Positions 18,776 through 29,333 of a stretch of 64,000 nucleotides of DNA are shown in pieces; positions within the stretch are counted from its first letter, which is position 1; each line of letters begins with the position of its first letter. Made by a program: the position numbers and the translations under genes. The notes under the pieces are model-generated. The model had not been told where the DNA came from, ran no database searches, and was given only the letters and a program-made list of their open reading frames with translations. Source of the DNA: Candidatus Binatia bacterium (GTDB lineage Bacteria > Desulfobacterota > Binatia > Bin18); assembly GCA_963664395.2 (NCBI GenBank), contig OY761159.2, positions 448,001-512,000 on the forward strand. Direction: 5' to 3'.

Positions 18776-20035
18776 ATGAGTACCACTCCGACGCCTTCGA
18801 TAGCTGCTTCAATTGGACATGGACGAGAAGCGCCACCCATGCCGCGCGTTGAGGCTCCCGCCCACCGCATTCGTAATGATGCCGAGGCCATCGACGTCGC
18901 CCGGCGGCTGGCGGAGCAGTTTGCCGAAGAATCGGCAGTTCGCGACCGGGAGGGCCGTTTGCCGTATCAGGAGATCGATGTGTTTTCGCAGAGTGGTCTG
19001 TGGGGGATCAGTGTGCCGCAAACCTACGGTGGCGCAGGGGTGTCCTGCGCTACCCTGGCGGAAGTCACCGCCATTATTTCCGCTGCCGATTCCAGTCTTG
19101 GTCAGATCCCACAAAATCACTATGCCATGATCGAAGCCATTCGTTTAAGCGAGAGGGAGGATCAGCAGCGATTTTTTTTCGAGTGCGTGTTAGACGGCGA
19201 TCGCTTCGGGAATGCGATTTCGGAAGTCGGAACGAAAACGCTCCTGGACCTGCAAACCCGCGTCACCGCCAAGGGCGATACATTTCTCCTTACCGGTAAG
19301 AAATTTTATTCCACCGGCGCGTTATTCGCCCATTGGGTGCCGGTCTTTGCCTTCGATGACAACGACCGGCTTGTCATTGCAATGGCAAAGCGAGACGCTC
19401 GGGGTCTGACCGTGATCGACGACTGGTTATCATTCGGGCAGCGGACCACGGCGAGCGGCTCCGTCATTCTTGAAGATGTTGAACTGGAGGCATTCGATAT
19501 TGTCCAGCATCACGCAGTGTATGAGCGGCCAACCACGATGGGACCCCTCACGCAAATCCTGCACGCGGCCGTGGACGCCGGCATTGCTCGGGCGGCGATC
19601 GCCGAGACGATCCAATTCGTGCGGACGTATACGCGTCCCTGGATCGATAGTGGCCAAGACCACGGCTATGAAGATCCGTATACGATCTCGATGGTCGGGG
19701 ATCTCAAGATCAAAATACACGCGGTCGACGCGCTACTCGAACGCGCCGGACACCTGACCGACGCGGCTGCGGCGAATCCGACCGATGAGACGGTTGCGGC
19801 AGCATCCATTGCCGTGGCGGAGGCCAAGGCGCTGTCAACGGAAGTTTCCATTCTCACCACCAATAAACTCTTTGAGTTGGCCGGCACCCGTTCAACGCTT
19901 GAGGAGTACAATCTTGATCGGCACTGGCGCAACGCCCGCACCCACACCCTGCACGATCCCGTCCGGTGGAAATACCATGCGATTGGAAATTACTGGCTCA
20001 ATAATATCAAGCCGCCGCGCAGCGGCTGGCTGTAA
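18776..20035 (+). CDS. sfnB: SfnB family sulfur-acquisition oxidoreductase (acyl-CoA dehydrogenase/DszC-like)
   Basis: SLGQIPQNH, GKKFYSTGALFAHW, FGQRTTASGSV, LDRHWRNARTHTLHDPVRWK. Confidence 0.85.
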   Translation: MSTTPTPSIAASIGHGREAPPMPRVEAPAHRIRNDAEAIDVARRLAEQFAEESAVRDREGRLPYQEIDVFSQSGLWGISVPQTYGGAGVSCATLAEVTAIISAADSSLGQIPQNHYAMIEAIRLSEREDQQRFFFECVLDGDRFGNAISEVGTKTLLDLQTRVTAKGDTFLLTGKKFYSTGALFAHWVPVFAFDDNDRLVIAMAKRDARGLTVIDDWLSFGQRTTASGSVILEDVELEAFDIVQHHAVYERPTTMGPLTQILHAAVDAGIARAAIAETIQFVRTYTRPWIDSGQDHGYEDPYTISMVGDLKIKIHAVDALLERAGHLTDAAAANPTDETVAAASIAVAEAKALSTEVSILTTNKLFELAGTRSTLEEYNLDRHWRNARTHTLHDPVRWKYHAIGNYWLNNIKPPRSGWL

Positions 20036-20186
20036 CCCGAGGCGCCCGGGGGTCGGCTCGCTCCGCTTTTCTCACTTCTTCTCACCTTGGCGATTTTGCT
20101 TTTCTCCGAAATTATGCGATTTTTACAAAACCATAGACCCGGGGTCTCTTTGCAAGTCAGCGCCTCTGCCAGCTGAAGGAGTCAGC

Positions 20187-20684
20187 ATGACGGCCTTACT
20201 CACCGACACAGTCGAGTCGCCCATCGGTTGCCTTGTGCTCGTATTCGACGCAGGTCGGTTATGCGTGCTTGACTACGCAGACAACACTGAGCGGATGACC
20301 CGGTTGTTGCGGCAGCGCTATCACCGGTTCCGGTTATGTGCAGCCGCCAAACCTCTCGGTGTGACACAGCAGCTCAGGGCCTATCTTGGAGGAGAGCTCG
20401 ACGCACTCCATAGCATTCAGGTGGACCCAGGCGGGACGCTGTTTCAGCAAAAAGTCTGGGCGGCGTTGCGCACGATTCCGCCCGGCACCACGCGAACCTA
20501 CCGCGACGTGGCCGAGCAAGTTGGTAGGCCACAGGCCTGGCGCGCCGTCGGCAGGGCGAATGCCCTCAACCCGATCTCCATTGTCCTACCCTGCCATCGT
20601 CTCATTGGTGCCAACGGTGCACTCACCGGCTATGCCGGAGGCCTGGAACGCAAACACTGGCTGCTTCAGCACGAGGGGGCATGA
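20187..20684 (+). CDS. ogt: Methylated-DNA-protein-cysteine methyltransferase
   Basis: GTLFQQKVW, RAVGRANALNP, PCHR active site, GYAGGLERK. Confidence 0.93.
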   Translation: MTALLTDTVESPIGCLVLVFDAGRLCVLDYADNTERMTRLLRQRYHRFRLCAAAKPLGVTQQLRAYLGGELDALHSIQVDPGGTLFQQKVWAALRTIPPGTTRTYRDVAEQVGRPQAWRAVGRANALNPISIVLPCHRLIGANGALTGYAGGLERKHWLLQHEGA

Positions 20685-21604
20685 GTATGAAAATTTTTGT
20701 GACTGGTGCGACTGGCGTCATCGGCCGGCGTGTTGTTCCCCAACTCATTCGGGCCGGGCATCAGGTGACCGGCCTTGCGCGTACCGACCACAAAGCGGGG
20801 CTTCTTCGCCAGTTTGGAGCAATCCCTGTGCAGGTCGATCTGTTCGACACGGCAGCGCTGACGCCTGTTCTCGCCGGACACGAGGTCGTCGCCAATCTGG
20901 CCACCAATGTTCCGCCGCTTGAACGGGCGCTGGAGCCGACAGCCTGGGATATGCATAATCGCCTCCGCAACGAGGCGTCCCGCAGTATGACCCGAGCGGC
21001 GGCTGAGGCAGGCTGTCAGACGTTTATCCAAGAGTCCATTACCTTTCCGTATGCGGATAAAGGGGCGGAATGGATTGAGGAAACCGATGCGGACAACTGC
21101 CCGCCAGAGATGGCCAGCAGCCGCGTAGCAGAGGAACAAGTCGATTGGTTCAGCAAAAACGGCGGGCGAGGCATCGTGCTGCGCTTCGCCCTGTTTTACG
21201 CCTCTGACAGCTCGCATAGCCAGGAATTTCAGGCCGCAATCCGTGCCGGCCAGTCGCCGTTTCTGGGCGACCCGGCCAGCTATATGAGCCATATTCACGC
21301 CGAGGATGCCGCGGCGGCCGTCGTGTCCGTACTCAATGCCCCCGCCGGTATCTATAATGTTGCCGAAGACGAACCGCTGACCCGTCAAGAGTTAGCCTCT
21401 ACCATTGCTGAGCTTGAAGGGGTGGCGTGCCCTGCCCCACCTGAACCCTTGCAGGGAGAGGTGCCTGGTAGTCTTGAAGCCTTAACCCGCTCGCAGCGCA
21501 TTTCCAATAAGCGCCTGAAACAAACCACAGGCTGGACCCCTCGCTATCCCAGTGTGCGAGAGGGCTGGCGTCAGATTCTCAAGATGAAGAGGAGTGACAC
21601 ATGA
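20681..21604 (+). CDS. NAD-dependent epimerase/dehydratase family protein
   Basis: TGATGVIG, IHAEDAA, GIYNVAED; ATGA overlap with ogt. Confidence 0.88.
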   Translation: MSMKIFVTGATGVIGRRVVPQLIRAGHQVTGLARTDHKAGLLRQFGAIPVQVDLFDTAALTPVLAGHEVVANLATNVPPLERALEPTAWDMHNRLRNEASRSMTRAAAEAGCQTFIQESITFPYADKGAEWIEETDADNCPPEMASSRVAEEQVDWFSKNGGRGIVLRFALFYASDSSHSQEFQAAIRAGQSPFLGDPASYMSHIHAEDAAAAVVSVLNAPAGIYNVAEDEPLTRQELASTIAELEGVACPAPPEPLQGEVPGSLEALTRSQRISNKRLKQTTGWTPRYPSVREGWRQILKMKRSDT

Positions 21605-22014
21605 CTGTTGATACACGTCTGCAAGCCGGCCTCTGGTTTCTCGTCGCCAGCGGTGTCATGGTTGGCGCCTGGGCACAATTCCTTCCCCAGGCATTCTACG
21701 ATAGTTTTCCCGGTCTTGGCCGCAGTTGGGTTTCGGTTGATGGTCCGTTTAATGAACATCTGGTCCGAGATGTGGGCGGCCTCTATTTAGCCCTGAGCGC
21801 GGTCACGCTCATTGCGGCTTTTGCCAAAACCCGAGAGACGATTCTTGCAGCCGCGCTCGGCTGGCTCGTCTCTCAAGTCCCTCACTTCGCCTACCATATG
21901 ATGCATTTGCACGTGTACACTTCGACGCTGGATAAGATCGGGAATGTGATTACGCTGGGCCTGCTTGTGCTGGTGCCGGCGTATTTGTTCGTGCGAGTCC
22001 TCCGTAAACCGTAA
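21601..22014 (+). CDS. Small 4-TM membrane protein
   Basis: Four hydrophobic segments, FNEHLVRDVGG motif; ATGA overlap with upstream gene. Confidence 0.75.
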   Translation: MTVDTRLQAGLWFLVASGVMVGAWAQFLPQAFYDSFPGLGRSWVSVDGPFNEHLVRDVGGLYLALSAVTLIAAFAKTRETILAAALGWLVSQVPHFAYHMMHLHVYTSTLDKIGNVITLGLLVLVPAYLFVRVLRKP

Positions 22015-22180
22015 TGAGTTATCGACCCGGATTTGATGACGATTTCTCCTTACCCTCCCGACCATATCTATGTGAGTGAAATCGTAATTACCCCCCCCAA
22101 TTTCAGGGGCGCGGCATTGGCTCTCGACTCCTCAACGCGGAGATGCACCGCGGACGTGAAACGCGGTCGCCGCCCCGACT

Positions 22181-22705
22181 TCAAGTCCTCAGCCGGTCCA
22201 TGTCGCCGTTAATAGCCATCGGATAGAGAATGGAGTACGTAGCCCCGGCCTTTTCAAACGCTTCCGCCTGGTCTCGGCACTCTTGCGGAGTGCCGACAAG
22301 AGCGCATTCGGCTGCCATGCGTTCGGACACGGCATCAGCCGCCCCGGCCTGGTCTCCCTTGAGCGCGGCGTCCATGATTTGGGCGGCTTCCTGCTCAAAG
22401 CCATGCCGGGCAAAAATTCGATTATAAAACGGCATCTGACCGTAAAAGGCTAACTGTTGTTGAACCGAGCGGAGCGCGAGGCCACGATCTTCACACACGC
22501 AGCAGTGGACAATAGGCGCAATCTCGACGGCGCGTGGCGAACGACCAGCCTTTTCCGCCCCAGCCGCAACGCCCTCAACAATTTCTTTCAACATCGTCGG
22601 GCCGTATTGGACCGGGATACTCCCGTCGGCGAGTTCGCCGGTCATCTGAATACTCTTGGGCGATACGCCGGCGAGATAGATTGGGATTTTTCGTTCGGCC
22701 TTCGG
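22181..22705 (-). pseudogene. 3' half of an LLM (F420/Mer-like) oxidoreductase
   Basis: Frame reads RKIPIYLAGVSPKSIQMTGELADG...LVGTPQEC; the N-terminal half of the barrel is absent. Confidence 0.82.
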
Positions 22706-23160
22706 GATGGCCGGGGATCACCTGAGGGCACCGGCCTGACCGTTCCGCTGCCGGATTTCACGGACTGCTCGTTCAGCAGTCGTGAGCCCACAAATGACTG
22801 GACCGCTGTCATTGCCAAGGGCGGCGCATTCATGGGGCTCTCGGATCAGATGCCCTCCTTTGGCGAGGTCCTCGGCCCGGAAGAAATTCGGACCGTCTTA
22901 ACTTATGTCCGAAATTTTTGTCAGGAAGAGGGCTGGCCGCCCGGCGACCTGAATTTCCGCCAAGCCCTCTTTACGTCCAAAGCGTTTCCGGAAGATGAGG
23001 TGGCGCTCAAACAGGAGTTCATCAAAGGCAAGCACGGAACAAAAGAGTGGACAACAACGCTCTCGTATGAGCAACGGCTTGGGGCACGCGGTCAGTGGGA
23101 GCTCAGCCTGCCGTATACCGTCAAGGAAACCCGCGAGAAGACGACCGAGGGTCCGGGCGA
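22706..23160 (+). pseudogene. Internal fragment of a c-type cytochrome/beta-barrel fusion gene
   Basis: DGRG..PLPDFTDCSFSSREP..MPSFGEVL..YVRNFC..WPPGDLN; no CxxCH or signal peptide, C-terminus lost. Confidence 0.65.
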
Positions 23161-26118
23161 CCCGACGGCAATGAATGGGCGCTCTACCGAAATGGTCAGC
23201 TTGTGGACCAAATCGTTCGTCTGTCGGGCGATGTTGCTACCGACGGCTGCACGGCTGCTACGCTCCAGGACGCGCACGCCGTCGAACGCTTGTTGCGTGA
23301 TTTTCTCTCATGGCAGCCGTTTATCCCCACCGACCGCCAGGGCAAGATCGACTTCCAGGACTTTGCTGCCATGCTGGCTCCGCTGTGCCGCATGTTGCGT
23401 GACGACGTGACCGATGCCCTTAAGGACCCGAATTCGCCCCTGGTACAACTGGCGGAGGATTGGCGGCAACTGCTCTTCCCTGATGCCTCGGACGATCAGT
23501 TCGCCGATGCGTATGCTCAGACCGTAACCTTTGCGCTGCTTCTGGGCCGTAGCGAAGACGCCTCAGACACGTTCACACTCGAAAGCGCCGAAGCCGCTCT
23601 CGCCAGCCAGCACAACCTACTGGCGCGGGCGTTGCGAGTTCTGACGGACTCCAACGCCCGCGCCGACATCGCTGCTTCACTTGATCTGCTGCTGCGCGTC
23701 ATCGCAGTCGTGCCGCCCGCCGCGTTTACAGCGACCAATGACCCCTGGCTCTATTTCTACGAAGACTTCCTGGCGGTTTATGATCCCAAGCTACGCAAAG
23801 ACGCTGGCGTCTACTACACCCCGGTCGAGGTGGTGCGTGTCCAAGTGCGCCTGATCGATGATCTGCTCGTTCACCGTCTTGGGAAACCCCTGGGTTTCGC
23901 TGATGCCGGCGTCGTCACTCTTGATCCGGCCGTCGGCACCGGAACGTATTTGCTCGGCGTCATCGATCACGCCCTGGGCCGCGTTGAAGCTACGCAGGGC
24001 GCTGGCGCTGTGGCGGGCCAAGCTACCACACTGGCTGAGAACCTGTACGGCTTCGAGTTGATGGTCGGCGCTTACTCGGTGGCGGAACTGCGCGTCAGCC
24101 GTGCCTTGCGCGACCACGGTGCACAGTTGCCCTCGGACGGCACGCATGTTTACCTGACCGATACGCTCGAAAGCCCACACGCCGAAGCGCCGCAACTGGC
24201 GCTTTTCCTGCGTCCTATCGCAGACCAGCACGCCCGGGCGCTTACAGTCAAAAGCACCGTGCCGGTCATCGTCTGCCTCGGTAATCCGCCCTACGACCGG
24301 CATGAGGCCGCCACCCCTGACAACAAGGCCCGCACGGGCGGTTGGGTTCGCTGGGGCGACGACGGTGGGCAGGCAATTTTTAACGATTTTCTCGCCCCGG
24401 TTATCGCCGCCGGGCATGGCGGCCACGTTAAGAACCTCTACAACCTGTATGTCTATTTCTGGCGCTGGACATTGTGGAAGGTTTTTGAGCATCCGACGGC
24501 TCACGGGCCTGGCGTGATCAGTTTCATCAGTGCATCGAGCTATCTCTATGGCGTCGCCTTCGGCGGTATGCGCGAGCATCTGCGCCGGCACTGCGACGAA
24601 ATCTGGATACTCGACCTCGGCGGCGAGGGACGCGGCGCACACAAGAGCGATAATGTCTTCGCCATCCAGACGCCCGTGGCTATCGCCGTGGCTGTACGCA
24701 CAGAGGAGGCAGAGCAGGATACACCCGCCGTGGTTCGTTATGCCCGAATCGAAGGGACGCACGATGAAAAACTTGCTGCCCTCGATACCATCACCCGTTT
24801 TTCGGCAGTTGCATGGCAGGACTGCCCGGCTGACTGGCAGGCTCCTTTCCTTCCGGCCGGTCAGGGTGCTTACTTCGGCTGGCCGTTGTTGACGGACCTG
24901 ATGCCGTGGCAGCACTCCGGTGTCCAGTTGAAACGGACATGGCCTATCGCGCCAGATTCGGAAACCCTGGAACGCCGTTGGCGCAAGTTGCTCGTGGATT
25001 CACGACCGGAGAGCTTAGCAAAGGCATTTAAGGAAACACGTGATCGAAAGATCACTTCAAGAAGTCCACCCCTATTCGATGGAGATGAAACCGAAGAACC
25101 TATTGCCACTCTGCCCCGAGATGCTCCAGCCCCTCGCGCAGACCGCTACGCCTATCGCTCGTTCGACCGCCAGTGGATGTTCCCGGATACACGGCTGGGC
25201 GATTATCTGCGTCCCGTTTTGTGGCGTGCTCACAGCGAGCGACAGATGTACGTGACGAGCCTGCTGACCGACTTGCTGGGTGTCGGCCCAGCGCTTTCCG
25301 CCTGCGCGATACTTCCCGACCTCCACCACTTCTCCGGCCGAGGCGGAAAGGACGCGATTCCGCTCTACCGCACTGCGAACGCTTCGGAAGCGAACATCCT
25401 GCCCGGCCTGCTCGAAACCCTCGGTACGGCGTACCAGCGCACCGTCTCCCCTGAAGATTTTCTGGCCTATGTATACGGTGTGCTGGCACAGCCGGCCTTC
25501 ACGGCGTGTTTTGCCACGGAGCTGGAAACGCGGGACCTGCGTGTACCTCTCACAAAGGCCGCTAATCTGTTCGAGCAGGTCCGCGCTATCGGTGCCCGGC
25601 TGCTCTGGCTGCACACCTATGGGGAACGCTTCGTACCGGAGGGTGAGCAGCACGGCAGCGTGCCATCCGGCGCAGCACGGAGTATCACATCTGTTCCTGT
25701 CGACGTCGACGGCTACCCCTCCGAGTTCACCCATAACGCCGCGACCCACACGCTCCACATCGGTGAAGGCACGTTCGCTCCCGTTGCGCCCGAAGTCTAC
25801 GAGTTCGAGGTTTCGGGCCTGAAGGTCGTGCAATCGTGGCTCAACTACCGCATGAGGAATGGAGCCGGGCGCAAGTCGTCACCCTTGGATGACATCCGTC
25901 CGGTGCGCTGGACCAGCACATTTACCACCGAATTACTGGAACTACTGTGGGTACTGGAGGCGACCGTGGCAATCTACCCTGAACAGGAACGTCTGCTCAA
26001 AGCCGTTGTCGAGAGTGCCTGCTTTCAGACCGATGACCTGCCACCCGTCCCGGACGACAGGCGCGAGCAGCCCCGAGCGCGAGCCTCTGCGGATGATCTG
26101 TTCGACTTGAATGAATGA
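23161..26118 (+). pseudogene. Type IIG/ISP-like restriction-modification enzyme, N-terminal nuclease region missing
   Basis: Begins abruptly at DGNEWALYRNG; GVYYTP, LDPAVGTGTY (motif I), GNPPY (motif IV), YAYRSFDRQW, VSGLKVVQSWL of the type ISP C-terminal domain; first in-frame ATG at 23371. Confidence 0.85.
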
Positions 26119-26194
26119 GAAGAGAGCCGCTCTGCTTGATGACCCGACCACCCGCGCATAGCCTAGAGCGTTTCACGCCAGGCTGTAGCCATCC

Positions 26195-26269
26195 CGTCAT
26201 GCCGGACTTGATCCGGCATCCAGAGGCCGAGGGCTGGAGTCCTGGATTCCGGCTTTCGCCGGAATGACG
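26195..26269. repeat. Inverted REP pair (GTCAT(G/T)CCGG... family)
   Basis: cgtcatgccggacttgatccggcatccag ... ctggattccggctttcgccggaatgacg. Confidence 0.8.
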
Positions 26270-26445
26270 TCAGGGACCGGCTGGCTAGACGGAATCGCAA
26301 ATTGCCCCAGCCTTAACCACCTCTGCACCTCTAAGGTTGTATAATAATTCCCGTCACACTCTGATGTTGGCAAGGACATGGGATTGCTTCAGCGACTCGG
26401 GATTGGTAGGAGGTTTTCAGCAAGAATGAGGAGAAGGAGAAGTCT

Positions 26446-27039
26446 ATGCAACAGATGATTGTGTCAGCACTTGTCGGGGTCGCCTTGTTGGTTCCAAGTC
26501 TGAGCCAGGCGGCAACCTGGAAGAGTGACCCGACCCATGCCAGTGTACAATTTGCCGTGAGTCATTTAATGGTCTCCACCGTTCGCGGCACGTTCGACAC
26601 ATTCGACGTTACGGCAACAATAGACGAAAATGATGTAAGTCGGTCATCGGTTGAAGCCACGATTGAGGTTGCTTCCGTCAATACCCGGAATGAGAAGCGT
26701 GACGACCACTTAAAGAGTGCGGACTTCTTTGATGTTGCCACCCATCCGACCCTGACCTTCAAATCAAAAGCGGTCGAAAAAGTACAAGACAACGCCTACA
26801 AAGTCACCGGAGACCTGACCCTCATGGGCGTGACACAAGAAGTCGTACTGGAGGTCACCGGCTCGCCCAAGGCAATGAAAGACCCCTGGGGGAATAGCCG
26901 CGTGGGCGGGACCGTCACCACGACGATCAATCGCACGGACTATGGACTCAAGTATAACTCGGTCTTGGACTCGGGTGGGGTGGCGATTGGCGAGGAAGTC
27001 GAGATCACGATTGATATCGAATTAGTGCAGGCGCAGTAA
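26446..27039 (+). CDS. yceI: YceI family lipid/polyisoprenoid-binding protein
   Basis: Signal peptide, DPTHASVQF, RDDHLKSADFFDV, KDPWGN. Confidence 0.93.
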   Translation: MQQMIVSALVGVALLVPSLSQAATWKSDPTHASVQFAVSHLMVSTVRGTFDTFDVTATIDENDVSRSSVEATIEVASVNTRNEKRDDHLKSADFFDVATHPTLTFKSKAVEKVQDNAYKVTGDLTLMGVTQEVVLEVTGSPKAMKDPWGNSRVGGTVTTTINRTDYGLKYNSVLDSGGVAIGEEVEITIDIELVQAQ

Positions 27040-27072
27040 AGCGTTCCATCTCTCACGCCTGATTGATCCACG

Positions 27073-27099
27073 GGGGTGGCCCAAGCCACCCCTTTTTTT
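27073..27099 (+). terminator. Rho-independent terminator after yceI
   Basis: GGGGTGGC-ccaa-GCCACCCC followed by T7. Confidence 0.85.
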
Positions 27100-27134
27100 A
27101 GAATATTCCCCTCCTCGGAGAGGATTTCATCACA

Positions 27135-27155
27135 GTAGGGTGCGCCCTGCGCACC
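27135..27155. repeat. GTAG-type REP
   Basis: GTAG-GGTGCGC-cct-GCGCACC (the GTAG tetranucleotide plus short palindrome layout). Confidence 0.6.
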
Positions 27156-27237
27156 ATCCGATGGCCGGGGGGTGCCCCTACGGAGAATCCCCCGGCCCTT
27201 GACCGCTCCCCCGCTCTTTTGCTTCGTTGACATTCCC

Positions 27238-28938
27238 ATGAAGCTGCTCGGCACACAACTCGCCTACTTTCTGAGTGAACCGGAAACGTCCCGTAATATC
27301 GGGGCACTCCTCAAGTTTGTCGCCTTTTTGTTTGGCATTATTATACTCTTCTCAGCCCTCTTCCACGCCATCATGTTGCACGCGGAAGAGCAGGACCACT
27401 CGTGGCTGACTGGGGTCTACTGGACCCTCACGGTGATGAGTACGCTCGGATTTGGTGACATTACTTTCCACAGCGATATCGGACGGATTTTCAGTATTGT
27501 GGTGCTGCTCTCCGGGATTGTCCTCTTGCTCATTGTCCTGCCCTTTACCTTTATCCGCTTCTTCTACGCCCCTTGGCTCGAAGCCCAGATGCGGTTCCAG
27601 GCCCCGCGCGAAGCTCCGACCGACACTCAGGGCCACGTCGTCATCTGTACCTACGATACCATTGCGCCGGGCCTCATTGAGCGGCTGCGCCTACAAGACA
27701 TTCCCTATTATGTCCTTGAACCCGACCCAGCCGTGGCCGCGCGTATGTCTGAGGACGGAATTTCCGTTATCACCGGTGCACTGGATAACCGTGAGACATA
27801 CGAAAAAATCCGAGCCGCTCAGGCCCGTCTGATCTTCGCCAACAGCGTCGATACCGTCAATACGAATATTACCCTCACCATTCGAGAGGTTGCACCCAAC
27901 GTCCCCATTATGGCAACGGTTGATGATGAGGACTCCATTGATATTCTCGAACTGAGCGGGTGCAGACACGTGCTCCCCCTCAAGCAGCGCCTGGGAGAGC
28001 GGCTCACCAACCGGATTAACTCCGGTCACGCCCAGGCCCATGTAATCGGCAGCTTTCGGGACCTCCATGTTGCAGAGTTTCCCGTCCATAATACGCCCTT
28101 GGCTGGCCGAACGATTCGTGAGACACGGCTGCGCGAGGTCCTCGGTATCAATATTGTCGGCATTTGGGAGCGGGGCCGTTTGTTGCCGGTGACCCCGGAG
28201 ACTTCCCTGTCCAATACCAGCGTGATGGTCGTCGTCGGCTCGGCAGAACAAATGCTTGAACTCAATACCTTGCTCGTCATCTACGATATCAACTACAACC
28301 CGGTCCTAGTCATCGGAGGAGGAAAAGTCGGGTGTGCCGCAACCCAGGCGCTCAAGCGCAAGGAGATAGCAGTTCATTTGGTTGAGCATAACGAACTCTT
28401 ACGGGAGCGGATCGAACCTATCCCGGACAAACTCTTCATCGGCGATGCTGCCGATCGAAAGGTCCTTATGCGAGCCGGGTTGCAGGAGGCACCGGCCGTA
28501 CTCCTCACCACCAACGACGATGCCATGAACATTTACCTGACGGTCTACTGCCGCCGCCTCAACCCAGAGTTGCGTATCGTGAGCCGTATTACCCATGAAA
28601 GAAATATCGAAGCCATCCACCGTGCCGGCGCGGACTTCGTTCTGAGCTACGCTTCTCTCGGTATTGCGCATGTTTTTTCCCTCTTGCAGGGCCGTGAGTT
28701 AGGGGTCCTTGGCGAGGGTGTTGAGTTGTTCGCAGTGTCGCTGCCCCAGACGTTGGCTGGCTTAACCTTGTCGGAAAGTAGAATTGGCGCACGGACAGGG
28801 CTGAACGTCATCGGTATTCAGCATGGCGGCCACCTCGTCACAAACCCTCTCGCCTCGACCAGGCTCCAGAGAGAGAGCGAACTCATTATGCTGGGCAGTA
28901 CGCAGCAGCGTCAGGCATTTACCGAGGCGTATAGTTAA
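27238..28938 (+). CDS. Potassium channel with tandem TrkA-N/TrkA-C (RCK) domains
   Basis: TVMSTLGFGD pore filter, two RCK repeats (IGGGKVG, AGAD). Confidence 0.92.
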   Translation: MKLLGTQLAYFLSEPETSRNIGALLKFVAFLFGIIILFSALFHAIMLHAEEQDHSWLTGVYWTLTVMSTLGFGDITFHSDIGRIFSIVVLLSGIVLLLIVLPFTFIRFFYAPWLEAQMRFQAPREAPTDTQGHVVICTYDTIAPGLIERLRLQDIPYYVLEPDPAVAARMSEDGISVITGALDNRETYEKIRAAQARLIFANSVDTVNTNITLTIREVAPNVPIMATVDDEDSIDILELSGCRHVLPLKQRLGERLTNRINSGHAQAHVIGSFRDLHVAEFPVHNTPLAGRTIRETRLREVLGINIVGIWERGRLLPVTPETSLSNTSVMVVVGSAEQMLELNTLLVIYDINYNPVLVIGGGKVGCAATQALKRKEIAVHLVEHNELLRERIEPIPDKLFIGDAADRKVLMRAGLQEAPAVLLTTNDDAMNIYLTVYCRRLNPELRIVSRITHERNIEAIHRAGADFVLSYASLGIAHVFSLLQGRELGVLGEGVELFAVSLPQTLAGLTLSESRIGARTGLNVIGIQHGGHLVTNPLASTRLQRESELIMLGSTQQRQAFTEAYS

Positions 28939-28994
28939 AGCCCACCAGAGAACACCGATTGCCGTTTCATCCCGATAAGCGGTTTCGGCCGCTC

Positions 28995-29301
28995 TAGGCC
29001 TGTCGTCAACCCGAGCCGCTGCGCTTCTTCAAAAGGCCGGCACAATGGTCGCCAGATAGTACAGGCCGGAGACGGTGGAAATGGCGATGGTAAAAAAATA
29101 GGAGATGAGAATCAAAAAGCCGCCAAAGACACCCCAGCGGGGCGTGAATGCCTTGGTGGCGACCGATACCACCCCTCTCCCCTCGGGGTTGCGCCAGCAA
29201 ATCTCCTGATATTTAAGTGCCAGCGGGATAAAGCCGATGACCGTGGCGGCAATGAAAAGCGGAGTGAGGGCGCCGACCTGGGCATACAGAATGCCGGGCA
29301 C
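28995..29301 (-). pseudogene. Fragment of an APC-family permease (KimA/amino-acid permease-like)
   Basis: VPGILY...KYQEICWRNPEGRGVVSVA...ISYFFTIAISTVSG; about 100 aa only, no start context. Confidence 0.6.
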
Positions 29302-29333
29302 CTTGAGGAAGTCTTGAAGGAGAACGCTCGTCC

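Noticed and set aside
22020-22110. Possible SDR C-terminal remnant (LP/DHIYVSEIVITP)
   Set aside because: Too short and needs a frameshift; cannot be supported by eye
22457-23410. 317-aa ORF as a genuine gene
   Set aside because: It is a chimera of antisense LLM sequence, a cytochrome fragment and an off-frame R-M segment
26163-26310. MITE with CTAGAGC terminal inverted repeats around the REP pair
   Set aside because: The right end is too degenerate and no target duplication is seen
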